A stretch of DNA of 64,000 nt from a virus (lineage: Duplodnaviria > Caudoviricetes): the IMG/VR virus record IMGVR_UViG_3300025715_000026, positions 2,428 through 66,427 of that record; one strand, written 5' to 3'. Shown in pieces: positions 62,322-64,000 of the stretch (its first letter is position 1; every line of letters begins with the position of its first letter). The position numbers and the translations under genes were made by a program. The notes beneath the pieces are model-generated. The model saw only the letters and a list, made by a program, of their open reading frames with translations, was not told where the DNA came from and ran no database searches.

Positions 62322-62833
62322 GACCCCTACTTCGGCGCGGCGACATCATTCTGTGCTCCGATCCGTACAGCCTGATCTCGTTCCTGATCCGCAAGGTCGA
62401 GCACTGCCACTGGAGCCACGTTGCCTGGGTGGTCGACGACGACCACGCCGTCGAGGCCCTGGCCGGCGGGGTGAAGCTGACCCGGCTGGCCAAGAAGCCT
62501 TGGCACATCCCTGGCCGGCTGATGGTCGTTCGCCTCAAGGAGGGCGCGATTTCGCTGTACGGCCTGAACCTGGCCGTGGCCAAGGCCGAGTCGCTCGTCG
62601 GCCACCCCTACGACTGGCTCGGCATCGTCCGGCTGGCCTGGGCCTGGGCGACGAAGCGCCGGCACGACACGCCGGTGGATGGCAGCCGCCGGGCGTGGTG
62701 GTGCTCGGAGCTGATCGGCGAGCCGCTGTGGCAGTTCTGCGGGGGCTTCAGGTTCCGCGACGAAATTCCCCCGGAGAACACCGCCCCGAAAGACATCGCC
62801 GTCAGCGACAAGGTGGAGCAGGTATGGCCATGA
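62318..62833 (+). CDS. Permuted papain-like amidase (YiiX/YebB-like, NlpC/P60 superfamily)
   Basis: GDIILC, WSHVA, VEA, PYD, WCSEL (His before Cys). Confidence 0.85.
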   Translation: MRPLLRRGDIILCSDPYSLISFLIRKVEHCHWSHVAWVVDDDHAVEALAGGVKLTRLAKKPWHIPGRLMVVRLKEGAISLYGLNLAVAKAESLVGHPYDWLGIVRLAWAWATKRRHDTPVDGSRRAWWCSELIGEPLWQFCGGFRFRDEIPPENTAPKDIAVSDKVEQVWP

Positions 62834-63824
62834 TACCTGTCATCGAGGAGATGAAGAAGGCCCGCCGGGCGGCGGCCGGCGTTATCCGTCCTGTCCTGGC
62901 GTTCCGGATGATCGGGGCGGCCGGGGACGACCTGGGCGTGGTGGTCCGCACCCGGCGGCCGGAAGCTTGCGCCCTGGAGGTTCGTCATGCCTTGGCTGCG
63001 GTCTACCGTAAGACCAAGAACGCCGAGCCTCCGTCGGGGTGGCTTTTTCGGTTTGAGTCGGTGTCCGGTGGCTAACTGCTTCTGGTGCCGGGAGCCGTTT
63101 GTGCCAGCCACAGCGGCGGAGCGCCGGCTCTCGGTATGTGGTGGGTGTCTCGCTTGGCTGGGGGGTGGCCGCGATGCGGCGGAGGAGTCGGAGTGCCTGC
63201 AACAGGACGCGCTCAGCATCTCCGGGGGATCATCAAGAGGATCATCGAGGACGGCCGGCACTTCTGGCTCCTCGAATGCGGCCATCGCATCTCCGCCTGG
63301 CAGTCGGAGCTCTCCAACGTCACGCGCTCCCGGCGGGTGATCTGCCCGGAGTGCCAGGCCGAGGGGGGCGAGGAGCCCGCTCCCGGCCGGAAGGAGAAGC
63401 GCCGGTGCGCCCATCCGGGGTGCGACACCATTCTCAACTCGCACAATAAGGGCAGGCTGTGTAACCTGCACCGCGACGGCTCGGACGACGATCTGAGGAG
63501 GAAGCCATGACCGAGGAATCTGTCCCCATCAATCGCGCCAGCGACGAGGAGCTGTTCCACGCCCTGGAGACCGGGGTGCTTGCGCCCCTGAAGGAGGAGT
63601 ATGCCAAGGCCATCTCGGCGACGGCCGGGGTGATGGCCCAGGGGCTGGACGCCGAGACGATGAAGGCCCGCATCGGCCCGCTCTGGCGGGACGTCTGGCA
63701 CAAGCTCGACTCGGCCGACTACGTCCTGGGGCACATTCGGACCCGGATCACCCGGCTGCGGACACAGGGCGTCCTGCCGGGGGATCCCCGCGAGGCCGAG
63801 GTGCTCAAGGTGGAAGCGCCGTGA
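62830..63824 (+). CDS. Run of small hypothetical ORFs (62830-63075, 63193-63510, 63507-63824)
   Basis: RBSs and overlaps; middle ORF has LECGH/CPEC zinc motifs. Confidence 0.5.
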
Positions 63825-64000
63825 GGCGGGCGTTCGCCACGCGGTGGCAGGGGCCGTCGCGCATGACGACGGCCCAGGCGGCCGCCTATCTCGGCCTGGC
63901 CCCGGCCACGGTCCAGCGGCTCTCGCAGGAGTTCGCCACGTCCGGCGGGCGGGCGGGGCTGCAGAGGGCCGGGAAGGGGGCGAGGTTCTTCCTGGGGCAG
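63821..64000 (+). CDS. Excisionase-like HTH protein (partial, runs off window)
   Basis: MTTAQAAAYLGLAPATVQRL. Confidence 0.7.
   Translation, partial: MRRAFATRWQGPSRMTTAQAAAYLGLAPATVQRLSQEFATSGGRAGLQRAGKGARFFLGQ

Larger units (their letters stand above)
1..64000. mobile_element. Bacterial virus (phage or extrachromosomal provirus) genome segment, probably a tailless jelly-roll-capsid virus; both ends likely lie outside the window
   Basis: Dense, overlapping operons in two divergent arms; primase-helicase, phage-type small ORFs and a structural module; no cellular housekeeping genes; no terminase, portal or tail motifs recognised. Confidence 0.85.

Overview
The whole window looks like part of one GC-rich bacterial virus genome, with no housekeeping genes and bacterial-type Shine-Dalgarno and sigma70-like signals. 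It has two divergent arms meeting at about 29.3-29.7 kb. The left arm (minus strand) is a virion module: predicted jelly-roll capsid proteins (196 aa single unit; 319 aa internally duplicated), a penton-like protein, beta-helix/beta-sandwich spike proteins, at least five tail-anchored membrane proteins, very basic Asn-Pro-punctuated core proteins and an intein-split transglutaminase-like cysteine protease. I see no terminase, portal, tail or packaging ATPase, so it resembles an unusually large tailless, internal-membrane (Varidnaviria-like) virus; the fold calls are inference from sequence patterns. The right arm (plus strand) carries recombination, replication and accessory genes: DUF932, Gp3-like, Cas4-like exonuclease, Rad50-like ATPase, Prim-Pol/SF3 primase-helicase, Dam-like methylase, MazG, HU, a minimal tyrosine recombinase and ThyA. 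The strongest finding is a solo TnpB element inserted in a virion gene. It carries a synonymously recoded replacement of that gene's 3' end, while the original 3' end lies just downstream of tnpB in the guide position. This reads as an RNA-guided, self-immune homing drive. Other highlights are two extra capsid-protein paralogs 45 kb from the capsid operon, an intein on the protease's catalytic Cys, a 10-bp repeat able to fuse two virion genes, conserved promoter/leader classes, a structured primase leader and a nested inverted-repeat origin candidate. All calls were made by eye; no searches were run.
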